A DNA stretch of 64,000 nt from a virus (Duplodnaviria; Caudoviricetes), in IMG/VR virus record IMGVR_UViG_3300032312_002284, positions 22,156 to 86,155 of that record; one strand, 5' to 3'. Shown piece by piece: positions 30,912-40,900 of this stretch. The stretch's first letter is position 1, and each line of letters begins with the position of its first letter. The notes below the pieces were generated by a model. The model made no database searches, had not been told where the DNA came from, and saw nothing but the letters and a program-made list of their open reading frames with translations. Made by a program: the position numbers and the translations under genes.

Positions 30912-31190
30912 ATGGACAAAATTAAAAATTATCTTCCGATTGCGACTTTTGTTTTAGTATTCTTTATTTTCATTAAAGGATGTGGAACAGGAAGTCAAGT
31001 TAAAACAACACAAAAAGATGTTCAAGTTTTAAAAACTAAAGTAGACTCGTTATCAAATATTTTGATAACACAAGATGAGATGGTTAAGTTAATTAAAGAG
31101 ACTCCAAATTGGAAAACTTTAGAAATTGAAGAACTATCTGACAAAAACCATATGCCAATAAATCATTATAAGAATGAGTTAGAAAAATGA
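30912..31190 (+). CDS. Putative lipoprotein or membrane-anchored coiled-coil protein
   Basis: N-terminal hydrophobic stretch ending FIKGC, followed by a coiled coil. Confidence 0.5.
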   Translation: MDKIKNYLPIATFVLVFFIFIKGCGTGSQVKTTQKDVQVLKTKVDSLSNILITQDEMVKLIKETPNWKTLEIEELSDKNHMPINHYKNELEK

Positions 31191-32053
31191 AAAATTGGTT
31201 AACTAAAAATCTAAAAAACATTATCGTAACTGCTTTTGTTGTACCGATTTTACTTGTTGCCTTTGTTTCTATTTCCCACGTAACTTCTTTTTATGGGTTA
31301 TCGAATCCATTTACTTGGGCAATTTATTTGTCTGTTGGTATCGAAATTGCTGCGTTATCTGCACTTGCTGCAGTGTCTGTTAATATGGGTAGGTTTGTTT
31401 ACCTACCTTTTTTCATTGTAACTCTAATCCAAATGTTGGGTAATATATTTTTCTCATTCACTTACATTGATGAGACGGGTCAATCATTTAAAGATTGGAT
31501 TGATATGACTGGAGGTTTGTTTGAGACTATGGGGGTTGAAAGGAATGATTTAAATTCACATAAAACAATTTTATCTTTTTTAACTGGAGGATTATTACCA
31601 ATCATATCTTTAACTTTTGCTCATATGTTGGTTAAATTTAGTGAGAAAAATCAGTCAGTAGTTGAAGAAACTAATGATAAAGTAGAGATAACAACTGAGG
31701 ATGCTCGTAAGATAATGGAGGAAAAAATTAAACAGGAAGAAGAAATAAGATATAAACCAACAGAAGAGGACTTACAAAAATTAGAAAAGGTTATTAATGT
31801 TATTCAACACGAACCTGAAGAAGTACCCACAGAACCTATTAGACCATCTGAAGAGGATTTAGATAAGTTACAAGATTTATTGAACCAAAAATATATGGGA
31901 CATATTGAAAATTCTACAGATACTGAAGATACCGAAACAATTTTGAATCAAGATGTAAATCAAGATATTACTTTGGATGAAAATACAATAAACGATTCAT
32001 TGAATCAACCAAGGTCATTGAGATATGTCAATCAAAGAATTTACGGTAGATAA
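31187..32053 (+). CDS. Multi-pass membrane protein with an acidic C-terminal tail
   Basis: About 4 hydrophobic segments in the first 150 aa. Confidence 0.6.
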   Translation: MKNWLTKNLKNIIVTAFVVPILLVAFVSISHVTSFYGLSNPFTWAIYLSVGIEIAALSALAAVSVNMGRFVYLPFFIVTLIQMLGNIFFSFTYIDETGQSFKDWIDMTGGLFETMGVERNDLNSHKTILSFLTGGLLPIISLTFAHMLVKFSEKNQSVVEETNDKVEITTEDARKIMEEKIKQEEEIRYKPTEEDLQKLEKVINVIQHEPEEVPTEPIRPSEEDLDKLQDLLNQKYMGHIENSTDTEDTETILNQDVNQDITLDENTINDSLNQPRSLRYVNQRIYGR

Positions 32054-32642
32054 GTATGGTACTTTCAAATCTGTAGGTACCCACGATAAAAAGAACATAA
32101 TACTCTGTTCAACTAACCGAGATGTTACAAATTATTTAATTAGTTTAAAATATCGGTATTTAAAAGAGTATTCTAAAATTCCTCACTATATAATTACTAA
32201 AACCGGCACAGTGTTACAACTATTGAATAACACTGATGTCGGTTATTTTTTTCAAAATACTGATATTGATAACGAGAGTATTGTTATCTGTTTAGAAAAT
32301 TTAGGATGGTTTGAAAAAGAAGTTCAAAATAATGGGTTCAAAGACTGCTTTGGTAATATTTATAAAGAAGTAGAAGTTTTTGAAAAAAAATGGAGAGATA
32401 AGATTTATTGGGATGTTTTTACTGAACAACAAAAGAATGTAATTTACCCATTATTGGAAAAAATTTGTACTGAAAATAACATAAAAAAAAGATTTATTGG
32501 ACATAATACAAAGGTAAAGGGGTTCAATAAGTTTGAAGGTGTTCTGATACGAAGTAATATTAGTCAGAGATACTTGGACTTAAACCCGTCTTTTGATTGT
32601 GAATACTTGACAAAAAAATTTGATAATGATGAATTCATATAA
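32025..32642 (+). CDS. N-acetylmuramoyl-L-alanine amidase (Amidase_2)-like protein, possibly degenerate
   Basis: PHYIITKTGTVLQL, SIVICLEN and IGHN...DLNPSFD. The first Zn-binding His appears to be absent. Confidence 0.5.
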   Translation: MSIKEFTVDKYGTFKSVGTHDKKNIILCSTNRDVTNYLISLKYRYLKEYSKIPHYIITKTGTVLQLLNNTDVGYFFQNTDIDNESIVICLENLGWFEKEVQNNGFKDCFGNIYKEVEVFEKKWRDKIYWDVFTEQQKNVIYPLLEKICTENNIKKRFIGHNTKVKGFNKFEGVLIRSNISQRYLDLNPSFDCEYLTKKFDNDEFI

Positions 32643-33231
32643 TGACATTAAAGACCATTTAGCTAAAGTAAGATTGGCTCTTAGCTCTAATCAAAAAAAC
32701 ATTAAAGAAAATGAGGACATTAAAAATCTTTATCTCATTAATGAAGATTTTGAAGCGACTGGAAATATCACTAAAAAATATGATTTGGCAAAAACTATTG
32801 AGGATGAAATTGACGTAGATGTTGATAGAGAAATTCCAAAAGATGAGTATGACCAAGCTTATAGAATATCTGGAGGGGTACTAATCATTCACGGAAATAA
32901 AAAGTCTGATACCGAACTTACTAGTGAAGAAAAAACAGTTTTTCAAGAAACAATGGATGAATTTGTAAGTGAAGTTTCCGATTTAACAAATTTTGGTCCA
33001 TTACAAATATATTCAAATAATGTTGAGTGGACAGGTAAAATTGTTGATTTTGATATGACATTTAAATTTAGAATAGGTGAAAGTAACGGATTGTATATTA
33101 CAGGTGACACATTACAGGTTGATGATAACTTTTTAAATACAATCACAAAATTACAAAATTATTACGAGAAATTTAAATCTAAGTGGGCTAAAGTGATGGC
33201 ATCAAGAAAAAAGACAAGTGTAAAAAAGTAA
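32620..33231 (+). CDS. Hypothetical protein
   Basis: 203-aa ORF in the operon. Confidence 0.55.
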   Translation: MIMMNSYNDIKDHLAKVRLALSSNQKNIKENEDIKNLYLINEDFEATGNITKKYDLAKTIEDEIDVDVDREIPKDEYDQAYRISGGVLIIHGNKKSDTELTSEEKTVFQETMDEFVSEVSDLTNFGPLQIYSNNVEWTGKIVDFDMTFKFRIGESNGLYITGDTLQVDDNFLNTITKLQNYYEKFKSKWAKVMASRKKTSVKK

Positions 33232-33237
33232 CTAATT

Positions 33238-33483
33238 ATGGCTCTATCTCAAAGTGAAAAAAAAGAAATTGAAACTCTTGTAAAAAAAGAGATTAAAGAC
33301 TTTTTAAATTCAAACACTCTTAGGCAGTTTGAAGATAAAATGTTAGATATGGTCGCTAAAGATTTAAAAAGAGGAAAACTAGAATCTGAGACCAAAGAAA
33401 TTGTAATAAAAATGTTCAAAGAGTTTTACCAATTGATGTGGACACAAAGGTCAATGTGGGAACCAAGATTAAGAAGTGCTTAA
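33238..33483 (+). CDS. Hypothetical protein
   Basis: 81-aa helical ORF. Confidence 0.55.
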   Translation: MALSQSEKKEIETLVKKEIKDFLNSNTLRQFEDKMLDMVAKDLKRGKLESETKEIVIKMFKEFYQLMWTQRSMWEPRLRSA

Positions 33484-33487
33484 AAAA

Positions 33488-34351
33488 ATGGAAAACAAAA
33501 TCTCAAGTAATTTTAAAAGTGAGTTAATCAAACAATTTGCTGCGGCTTCTGCCCAAAATCCAGATATGAACTCAATTGACGGTGTTAAAACTAAATCTGA
33601 ATTCATCAGTTCAATAAAAGAGAAGAAAGGTGAAACTAATGAAAAATGGTCTGAAAAGTACAAAAAAAGCATAGACTGTAATAACCCAAAAGGTTTTAGT
33701 CAAAGAGCTCATTGTCAGGGTAAAAAAAAGAAAATTGAAAATAAAGAAGCCACTTCGGCAGGTGGAGCAGGTGGATTTGAAACTCCATTATTTGGTAAAA
33801 TAAAAGAAAATATTACTGAAGCGGAAAGGACCATCATGGCTAAATTAAGAGACTTGGCTAAAAAGTACGCTAAAGAAAAAAATGAGTCACCATCAAAAGA
33901 ACAAATAGAAAAAATTTATCAAGATTTAAAAAAACAATTTAACAAAGGTGTTAGTGTTGAAAAAGAACATAAATCTGCGGACCCTAAACTTATTACTTTA
34001 GACCACTTATCTGAGGACCCAAAGTATTATGATAAGTTAGAAAAGGTTGAAGCTAAGGAAGCGACGGGGTCAGGTTCAGCAGGTTCATACGAATCCCCAT
34101 CATTTTTGGCGAAATCTATGAGTCCAAAAAAATGGAGAGGTAAAAGTAAGACACAGATTCCTGGAGGTAAATTTGTTGAGGTTAAAAAAAAATGTAAGAA
34201 GTTTCCTTACTGTAACCAAGGAGATATTAATGCGCTTACTTTAACTGAAAATAGTACAATAAAAAATATTATTAAAAAATTGGCAAAAGAATTTGGAGTT
34301 AATGAGTCAATTATAAAAAAAATTATAATTAGAGAATACTCTAAAAACTAA
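33488..34351 (+). CDS. Modular charged protein, probable head/internal protein
   Basis: Contains short modules seen in large-phage head-region proteins (EKWSEKYKKSIDCNNPKGFSQRAHC; KGVSVEKEH...DHLSEDPKYYDKL). Confidence 0.45.
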   Translation: MENKISSNFKSELIKQFAAASAQNPDMNSIDGVKTKSEFISSIKEKKGETNEKWSEKYKKSIDCNNPKGFSQRAHCQGKKKKIENKEATSAGGAGGFETPLFGKIKENITEAERTIMAKLRDLAKKYAKEKNESPSKEQIEKIYQDLKKQFNKGVSVEKEHKSADPKLITLDHLSEDPKYYDKLEKVEAKEATGSGSAGSYESPSFLAKSMSPKKWRGKSKTQIPGGKFVEVKKKCKKFPYCNQGDINALTLTENSTIKNIIKKLAKEFGVNESIIKKIIIREYSKN

Positions 34352-34380
34352 AAAGACAATTATTGTTGTATTTATATAGT

Positions 34381-36000
34381 ATGAACAAAAAAACTATCAC
34401 AGATAAAATTTTGAATGAGTCAATTAATGACAAAATTAATGAATTGACATCAAGACTTGAGGAAAAAATTAATATTTTGGAAGTTGATGCATATGATTTA
34501 GAATATGAACAAACATATGATTTTGATAGTGTTAACGGAAAACCAAAAAGAGTAATTTTCAAAGGTAGGGGTAGAAAAGGTAGGAGTGATTCTGAAACTC
34601 AAACTTATCATTTTGAGGATGAAAAAGGTAATGATATAATGTTATCAAAAAAAGGAGTGTTGAATAAAATTAAAAATGTAGATAAAGAAATGAAAAAAGA
34701 AAATGAAGAGTTTACCGAGGGTAACGCTTTCACAAAAAAATTGAAAGATACCAAAAAAGGTGGTGAATTTAAAATTGGAAATAAAACTTATATTGACAAA
34801 TCAGAATTAGAAGAAAAACTATATGGTGGTCAAAAAAAGTTAGATAAAAATAATAACAATAAGATTGATTCTGAAGATTTTAAAATGTTAAGAAAACATA
34901 ATAAATCTGAAATTGAAGAGTTGGGTGGTATGGATGACGTACACCCAAGATTTGGAAAGAGAAATTTTGGAAAAATGAGTTATGATGAGATAATGGGTCT
35001 TTTAACTCAAAAATTGGAAGATGATGAAGATGAAAGTGGGACCAAAAACTATGATACAAATCGTTTGGAAGAGGCTAAAAAATTTATTCAGAAAGCAGTA
35101 AATAAAATGGAGAAGAAAGGTACCTCAGGTAAGTTTGCTTCTTGGTGTAAGAAGAATGACTTAGCATCTGAGGATGGTGAAGTTACTCAAAAATGTATAA
35201 ATAAGGCAATGAAATCGGATGATTCCAAAGTTGTTAAAATGGCAAACTTTGCTAAAAATATTGGAGGGTTTAAAGGCGCAAAACATGAGTCAATTATGTA
35301 TAAATTAGCATTGACTGAAAACACAACAATGGATTTAACTGAAGATGAGTTGATTGATATGATTGAGGAATTAGTTATCGAAGCTAAGGAAAATGAAAAG
35401 TATTCAGGAAAGGCCAAAGGTATGGTTGAATATGAAAGAGTCTTTAAGTTGAATAAAAAAGAAAACTCAGACGCTATGAAGGCGGTTGAGAAAAAAATGA
35501 AAGATTATCTAAAAGACGGTTCAAAGGGGGATTATTCAATGAATCCTAAACATTTCCCAAAAGGTAATGGTGAGTTGAGTAAAATGGATAAAAAGGCTTA
35601 TACCCCAAGTAAAGATGTTGAAGATTACGTTGATGATTATGCGTACCCTGGAATGACAAATTTAAACTATGATGAAATCAAACCTAATGATGAATGGGTT
35701 GAGGCCAACATTAAAGGAAGTGCTAAAACAGGTAACTCTGATGAATATGCAAATGCTGTTAAGACAGAAGTTGGTGAAAAGATGGTTAAAAATTATAAGA
35801 AAAATGCGTGGGGTAAACAACAAAAAAATGCGTCTTATAAGAGACAATCACAACCTGTGGATTATGCCGGTGAGAACACACCTAAAAAAACTTCATTAGA
35901 TAAGTTGAGTGAAAACTTTGAAGTTGAAAGTAATAAATTAATTATTGAAGAATTTGAAAAAATTCAACATTTGATGAGTTACAACAAAAAGACTCAATAA
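34381..36000 (+). CDS. Highly charged protein with an EF-hand-like motif, probable prohead core/internal protein
   Basis: LDKNNNNKIDSEDFKMLR and many (I/L)xE sites. TATTTATA lies immediately upstream of the likely start MNKK. Confidence 0.45.
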   Translation: MNKKTITDKILNESINDKINELTSRLEEKINILEVDAYDLEYEQTYDFDSVNGKPKRVIFKGRGRKGRSDSETQTYHFEDEKGNDIMLSKKGVLNKIKNVDKEMKKENEEFTEGNAFTKKLKDTKKGGEFKIGNKTYIDKSELEEKLYGGQKKLDKNNNNKIDSEDFKMLRKHNKSEIEELGGMDDVHPRFGKRNFGKMSYDEIMGLLTQKLEDDEDESGTKNYDTNRLEEAKKFIQKAVNKMEKKGTSGKFASWCKKNDLASEDGEVTQKCINKAMKSDDSKVVKMANFAKNIGGFKGAKHESIMYKLALTENTTMDLTEDELIDMIEELVIEAKENEKYSGKAKGMVEYERVFKLNKKENSDAMKAVEKKMKDYLKDGSKGDYSMNPKHFPKGNGELSKMDKKAYTPSKDVEDYVDDYAYPGMTNLNYDEIKPNDEWVEANIKGSAKTGNSDEYANAVKTEVGEKMVKNYKKNAWGKQQKNASYKRQSQPVDYAGENTPKKTSLDKLSENFEVESNKLIIEEFEKIQHLMSYNKKTQ

Positions 36001-36045
36001 TATACACGATTTATTAAATCTTATTATATTCTCCATAGTATCCCT

Positions 36046-36525
36046 ATGGAGAATTTTTTTAACTACATATCAAAACCAGTTACTGAAGACGAGTTTAGTC
36101 TTTGGTATGAATCTAATAATATAATTTTTGAAAGGCTCGAAGTCTATCAGGATTTTGTTGTTTCATTAGTCCTTATGATTATGGATACGTACTTAGGGGA
36201 CGATGGGGACGAAAACACGGAAACTAAAATTAGATTAACTAAAGATGAAAAAGACGACCATTTTGAATGGTGTTGGAATAAAGTGGTTAATAACTTCTCA
36301 AAGGAGAATATTCTAATAGAACAAGATGGGGAACATAAGACATTTCTTAAAGACTTCATATTTGAAATTTATTATGAGCAAAAAAATAAGTACATCAAAG
36401 ATTCAATGATTAAATTTTTTCAAGATGTATTTAAACTTGGAACGGTAATAACTAAATCTGACTTGGATTTAATAACAACAATTTATAAAACATTTAATCG
36501 AAGTACTAAATTTAGATTTACATAA
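36046..36525 (+). CDS. Hypothetical protein
   Basis: 159-aa ORF. Confidence 0.55.
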   Translation: MENFFNYISKPVTEDEFSLWYESNNIIFERLEVYQDFVVSLVLMIMDTYLGDDGDENTETKIRLTKDEKDDHFEWCWNKVVNNFSKENILIEQDGEHKTFLKDFIFEIYYEQKNKYIKDSMIKFFQDVFKLGTVITKSDLDLITTIYKTFNRSTKFRFT

Positions 36526-36561
36526 ATAAAAAAAATAGTATTTTTTTAAAAAAATAAACTT

Positions 36562-36741
36562 ATGGAAACAACTATTGAAAAAATCAAAGCTTTAACAGAG
36601 TCTCTTTCAGGTGATGTCACTAAATTCAATAACGGGAATAACAGTGCTGGGACTAGAGCTAGAAAAACATCACAAGAATTAAAATCATTATTACAAACTT
36701 TAAGAGGTGAAATTCTTGAAAAAAGAAAAGAAGAAAAATAA
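36562..36741 (+). CDS. Histone H1-like nucleoid protein (Hc1 family, Bacteroidota-type); not in the supplied ORF track
   Basis: Translated by hand: METTIEKIKALTESLSGDVTKFNNGNNSAGTRARKTSQELKSLLQTLRGEILEKRKEEK. GNxxAGTRARK is the family signature. Confidence 0.8.
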   Translation: METTIEKIKALTESLSGDVTKFNNGNNSAGTRARKTSQELKSLLQTLRGEILEKRKEEK

Positions 36742-36743
36742 TA

Positions 36744-36926
36744 ATGGATTTTAGTATTTTGTATAAGTTCTTTTGGGTATTTTCACTCTTGTATAGTGGA
36801 ACGTTTTTGATTAGATTTATATTCTCAATTTTTAAAACTGTTCCTGAAAAAATACAAGTGAGTTATTGGGAAAGAATTTTTCTGTACATTAATATTTCTT
36901 ACTTTATAACTTATTTAATAAAATGA
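36744..36926 (+). CDS. Small membrane protein
   Basis: Two hydrophobic segments. Confidence 0.5.
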   Translation: MDFSILYKFFWVFSLLYSGTFLIRFIFSIFKTVPEKIQVSYWERIFLYINISYFITYLIK

Positions 36927-37366
36927 AAATGTTTGATTACCTAAAAAAAATTGGCCCTTATTTCTTTCAGTTAAGAAAACTTGAAGACTATTTGGTCTTT
37001 GATGTTTTATTTCCTAGTACTTGGAAATTACCCAAAAGATTTGTACAAGAAGATAAATTTTTAAATAATGGTGAAACCGAAGATGGTAATTTATCATTAT
37101 CCTTCATTAGTGATTTTACTGAAGAAGGGGTTGATTTGATATACCAAAATATAATCGGTATCATTAACTTCAATCTTGAAAGAGAGGAAAAAGAAAGATT
37201 ACTTGATGAAAAAATTGGTGAGTTAAAAAAATTATTTGATTCACAAAAATTAGAAAACTTAAAAGAATTAAAGTTTGATATTAATCAATTAAAAGATGCG
37301 GTAAATGAAAAGACAAAATCTGGAAACAGAGTTAAACCTACTTCAGAAATCACAACAGAAGAATGA
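36923..37366 (+). CDS. Hypothetical protein
   Basis: 147-aa ORF, translationally coupled. Confidence 0.55.
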   Translation: MKMFDYLKKIGPYFFQLRKLEDYLVFDVLFPSTWKLPKRFVQEDKFLNNGETEDGNLSLSFISDFTEEGVDLIYQNIIGIINFNLEREEKERLLDEKIGELKKLFDSQKLENLKELKFDINQLKDAVNEKTKSGNRVKPTSEITTEE

Positions 37367-37490
37367 GTTGGAAATTGAGGACTATAAAAATAGTCTAATC
37401 AATGAAATAAAATCTTTTAAAAAAGAAGATTTAGTTAAATCAAAAAAACTTACACTATGGCAGAGAATCAAGATAATATTGGGTTTGTAG
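37305..37490 (+). CDS. Small hypothetical protein
   Basis: Ends KKLTLWQRIKIILGL. Confidence 0.45.
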   Translation: MKRQNLETELNLLQKSQQKNELEIEDYKNSLINEIKSFKKEDLVKSKKLTLWQRIKIILGL

Positions 37491-37678
37491 AAAAATTGGC
37501 TCTTATTGCTGATGCTTGTGAAAGTTTAATACCCGTACAAACCAATATATTATTTGAGTTAAATGATGAGAATTATAAGAAGGTATGTGAACAAGTTGGG
37601 TTTAGTAAAGAAAACTCTGAATTAAAAGTTGATATTGGAATGACATCATTTATTTTTATTCGCGAGGGTGAGTTGTAG
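37457..37678 (+). CDS. Small hypothetical protein
   Basis: 73-aa ORF. Confidence 0.5.
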   Translation: MAENQDNIGFVEKLALIADACESLIPVQTNILFELNDENYKKVCEQVGFSKENSELKVDIGMTSFIFIREGEL

Positions 37679-38285
37679 TTTTACGGTATAACATCTTTTT
37701 GTTAAAACCATAGTCCTCTAATAACTTATAAAGGTACTTTCTTTGTTCAATTGAAAAATCAACAGAAATCAAATACGGTTTCTGTTTTTCGTTTGACAGT
37801 ATATCAATTATCCTTTCACTATCTTCTTCGTTTTTTAATGAAAACAATTCAATTAAATCATTATTTTGAGTAATAATTTTATTATTCAACTTTGAAATTA
37901 AAGTTAGTTCTTTTTTATTAATGATTGAATTATAAAATTCGTCATAAGATATTTTTTTATTTTTTTTAATATCAAATAAAAAATCTTCACTTAGATAGTC
38001 ATTTAATTTTATAATTTCAAAACCTGAAGATGTTATAGATACATTTCTACCAAATTTATCGGTAAAGAAAAATTTACTATTTGAATTTAATTCTTCAAAA
38101 ATTAAACCAATCATATAAGAACACCGTTTACCATTCTCAAACTCTTTATTAAATTTAACAAGTGAGTTTTTATTTAATAAATCATTATAGTAAGATAGTG
38201 CTCGTTGTTTTGTTACAAAACTTTTGACAACTTTCTTTTTTTTATTATTTTTAAAAACGACTACTTTGAATTTTTGTTGATTCAT
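37656..38285 (-). CDS. Basic hypothetical protein
   Basis: 209-aa ORF, divergent from dnaJ. Confidence 0.55.
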   Translation of the reverse strand: MNQQKFKVVVFKNNKKKKVVKSFVTKQRALSYYNDLLNKNSLVKFNKEFENGKRCSYMIGLIFEELNSNSKFFFTDKFGRNVSITSSGFEIIKLNDYLSEDFLFDIKKNKKISYDEFYNSIINKKELTLISKLNNKIITQNNDLIELFSLKNEEDSERIIDILSNEKQKPYLISVDFSIEQRKYLYKLLEDYGFNKKMLYRKTTTHPRE

Positions 38286-38325
38286 ATGTAAAAAATAAAT
38301 ATTAATTTAAAATTTTGAATATAAT

Positions 38326-39252
38326 ATGGAGAATTATTATAGTGCTTTAGGGGTGTCAGAAAATGCGACACAGGAAGAAATAAAAAAAGCGTACAAAAAA
38401 CTTGCTGTACAACATCATCCTGATAAAGGAGGTAATGAGGAAACGTTTAAAAAAATTTCAGAAGCGTACGACACTTTAGGAAACCCGGAAAAAAAACAAC
38501 AATATGATTTACAGAAAAATAATCAATTTGGTGGTGGAGATGGGTTTGACCCATTTAGTATGTTCTCAAACATGTTTAATAACATGGGAGGTGGACAAAG
38601 AAAGAATCCAGATAAAGTTGTTAATTTAAAAGTTGGTGTTTTTGAGGCTTATAGAGGGGGAAGAAAATCTGTATCATACATGAGAAATGACAAGTGTGAT
38701 GTTTGTTATGGTACAGGTGGAGATAAAGAGACTTGTAAACCATGTCAAGGACATGGGTACTTCACTCAGAGAGTAGGGAATGGATTTTTTCAAACAATTC
38801 AAAGAAGTACATGCCAGGCTTGTAATGGGAAAGGGTTTAGATATACTAAAGCGTGTTATTCATGTAATGGTAGTACAAACATGGTAAAAATGCAAAACAT
38901 CGATATTGAATTACCTAGAGGTGTTGATGATGGTACATTCTTCAAATCACATGGAGGTGGAGATTATTTAAATGGTTCTTATGGTGATTTATTATTTAAA
39001 GTTGAAGTTGTTTCTGAAAATAATTTTGATAAAGTAGGTGCTGATTTAGTATATAATTATGACTTTACTGTTGATAGTCTTAATGATGAAAAAATAAATA
39101 TACCTCATCCTGACGGGAGTTTACAAATTGATTTCCCAAATGACTTGGAAACAAAAAAACCTTTACGTGTTAAAGGTAAAGGTTTTTACAGAGACGGAAG
39201 TGATTTGTACGTAAAATTTAATTTCAAACACAAGAAGTTAAAAGAATGTTAA
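38326..39252 (+). CDS. dnaJ: DnaJ chaperone
   Basis: J-domain with HPD, a G/F-rich region, four CxxCxGxG repeats and the C-terminal domain. Confidence 0.95.
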   Translation: MENYYSALGVSENATQEEIKKAYKKLAVQHHPDKGGNEETFKKISEAYDTLGNPEKKQQYDLQKNNQFGGGDGFDPFSMFSNMFNNMGGGQRKNPDKVVNLKVGVFEAYRGGRKSVSYMRNDKCDVCYGTGGDKETCKPCQGHGYFTQRVGNGFFQTIQRSTCQACNGKGFRYTKACYSCNGSTNMVKMQNIDIELPRGVDDGTFFKSHGGGDYLNGSYGDLLFKVEVVSENNFDKVGADLVYNYDFTVDSLNDEKINIPHPDGSLQIDFPNDLETKKPLRVKGKGFYRDGSDLYVKFNFKHKKLKEC

Positions 39253-39381
39253 AATCCACTTTGTACATTCAATACAACCCCATATAAACATGGTTAAACT
39301 GAATAGTTGAAACATTAATAACCATGGTTTAAAATCATTGATTTTTGCACATGCCTTACATTTTGGTGTATTTTCTATCAT
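39238..39381 (-). CDS. 47-aa membrane micropeptide (not in the track)
   Basis: [47 protein letters not shown]. Confidence 0.4.
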   Translation of the reverse strand: MIENTPKCKACAKINDFKPWLLMFQLFSLTMFIWGCIECTKWILTFF

Positions 39382-39440
39382 AATTTAATATTTTATTTGT
39401 TATTTTAAATAATAATGATATTTATTTATAAATAAATACA

Positions 39441-39608
39441 ATGGCATCAATAAGCGCAAATACTGAATATTTAATTTGTATCGAGTGTTCTGGTACGACT
39501 GTCTCAACAAGAACAACACCACATCCAACCTATTCTGATTTAACAGGGGGAACTGTGACACAATTAAATGCGGTGTTGATTGGTGGAAGAAACGGACTTA
39601 ATTCTTAG
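39441..39608 (+). CDS. 55-aa hypothetical protein (not in the track)
   Basis: MASISANTEYLICIECSG...GGRNGLNS, preceded by TATTTATA. Confidence 0.5.
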   Translation: MASISANTEYLICIECSGTTVSTRTTPHPTYSDLTGGTVTQLNAVLIGGRNGLNS

Positions 39609-39993
39609 ATTCTGGAACTACAAGATACATCCAAGCGTAATCGTTATATTCTATTATTATAAATAACACTCCTGTAATTTCAGAAGGTCCCATATAGAAG
39701 TTACAACTATTCCCATTAGAATCTTGCATTCGGTATTGAGCAACATTATTTTGTTCTGCAAGTTTACCAACAACATAATAATCTTGTTGAGATTTACTGA
39801 AAATAGTAACTTTGGAATCCGTAAGTTTAATTAGAATGTCACAATCATTTATTGTTCCGTTCCATACAATTTCATTTGTACTAAAGTCACGGTAACCAAT
39901 ATTAAATGTTCGGGCTCTCGCGTACTCAATGTCTTGAGAAAAAGAAATGATTGATGTGAATAAGAAAAGAATTGATAAGATAAAGTTTTTCAT
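39598..39993 (-). CDS. Putative secreted protein
   Basis: N-terminal signal-like sequence MKNFILSILFLFTSIISFSQ. A -33/-7 promoter lies at 40010-40040 on the minus strand. Confidence 0.6.
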   Translation of the reverse strand: MKNFILSILFLFTSIISFSQDIEYARARTFNIGYRDFSTNEIVWNGTINDCDILIKLTDSKVTIFSKSQQDYYVVGKLAEQNNVAQYRMQDSNGNSCNFYMGPSEITGVLFIIIEYNDYAWMYLVVPESKN

Positions 39994-40061
39994 TTGTTTT
40001 TATTTTCTACAAATGTAAGAATAATATTTTGATTACCAAAGATAAATAAATCTAATGTTGG

Positions 40062-40505
40062 TTATTTACGTTTAATTTTAACGTATCTGTACCACAATCT
40101 TTCATGAAGAAAATAAATTACAGGTTTAAGAAGTAACTCACCAATACCTAATAAAGAAGACATTTCTAATGATACTCCACAGGAAAGTGCAACCAATACT
40201 GTAGTTAAGGTACCAAGTAATCTATAAGAAATAGTTTTTAAAATATGACGAAGAATAACAGTTTCTTCCTTTACTGTTTTAACATAAGCAATGTTATCGA
40301 CCACATTACAATGACCTTCACAACTGATGTGCCATTTATAATCATTTAATTCAGGCATCCAATCCTTTGTTGTGAAAGTATGACCATCAATGATAATGTC
40401 AGAAACTAATATTTCATTACCATCTTCAATTAATCTCCATCTATCATTTTCAGATGTTGATACGGTATTAAATCTGATTTGAAATTTTTTGATTTTGTTT
40501 TTCAT
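40062..40505 (-). CDS. Protein with a C-terminal DUF2061-like membrane domain
   Basis: RHILKTISYRLLGTLTT...YFLHERLW. Confidence 0.7.
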   Translation of the reverse strand: MKNKIKKFQIRFNTVSTSENDRWRLIEDGNEILVSDIIIDGHTFTTKDWMPELNDYKWHISCEGHCNVVDNIAYVKTVKEETVILRHILKTISYRLLGTLTTVLVALSCGVSLEMSSLLGIGELLLKPVIYFLHERLWYRYVKIKRK

Positions 40506-40900
40506 AGTTTTCCTTGAGCTCTTAATTCTTCTCTTATCTTTGTTGCTGAAATATCGTGTATTTCTTGTGGTGGAATTCTTTCAATGATATTATAACCAAC
40601 ACCTCGTCCAAATTCAATAGAACAAATATCAGGAATAACCATAACTTTTATCTTGTTACCCATATCAGAATAATGTTCTTCAATATTTTTTTTAACTTCT
40701 TCGGCACTATATGGATTTTTTTCATCAGGTTGAATATCTCTGATACAAATTAAAACGTTTTTACCTTCATCTAAAGCCTGTTGAAATAAAGATTGATGAC
40801 CTTTATGTAAAGGTTGCCATCTACCAACAAACATTGCATATTGACCATCTTTTGCAGGTAGTGATGATTCTACGTGAATTTTTTTATCCCAAGTACTCAT
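40502..40900 (-). CDS. HIGH-motif nucleotidyltransferase (candidate minimal ATP sulfurylase)
   Basis: FVGRWQPLHKGH, FGRGVGY and ISATKIRE. Likely start MSTWDKK overlaps the cysC stop codon (ATGA). Confidence 0.75.
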   Translation of the reverse strand: MSTWDKKIHVESSLPAKDGQYAMFVGRWQPLHKGHQSLFQQALDEGKNVLICIRDIQPDEKNPYSAEEVKKNIEEHYSDMGNKIKVMVIPDICSIEFGRGVGYNIIERIPPQEIHDISATKIREELRAQGKL

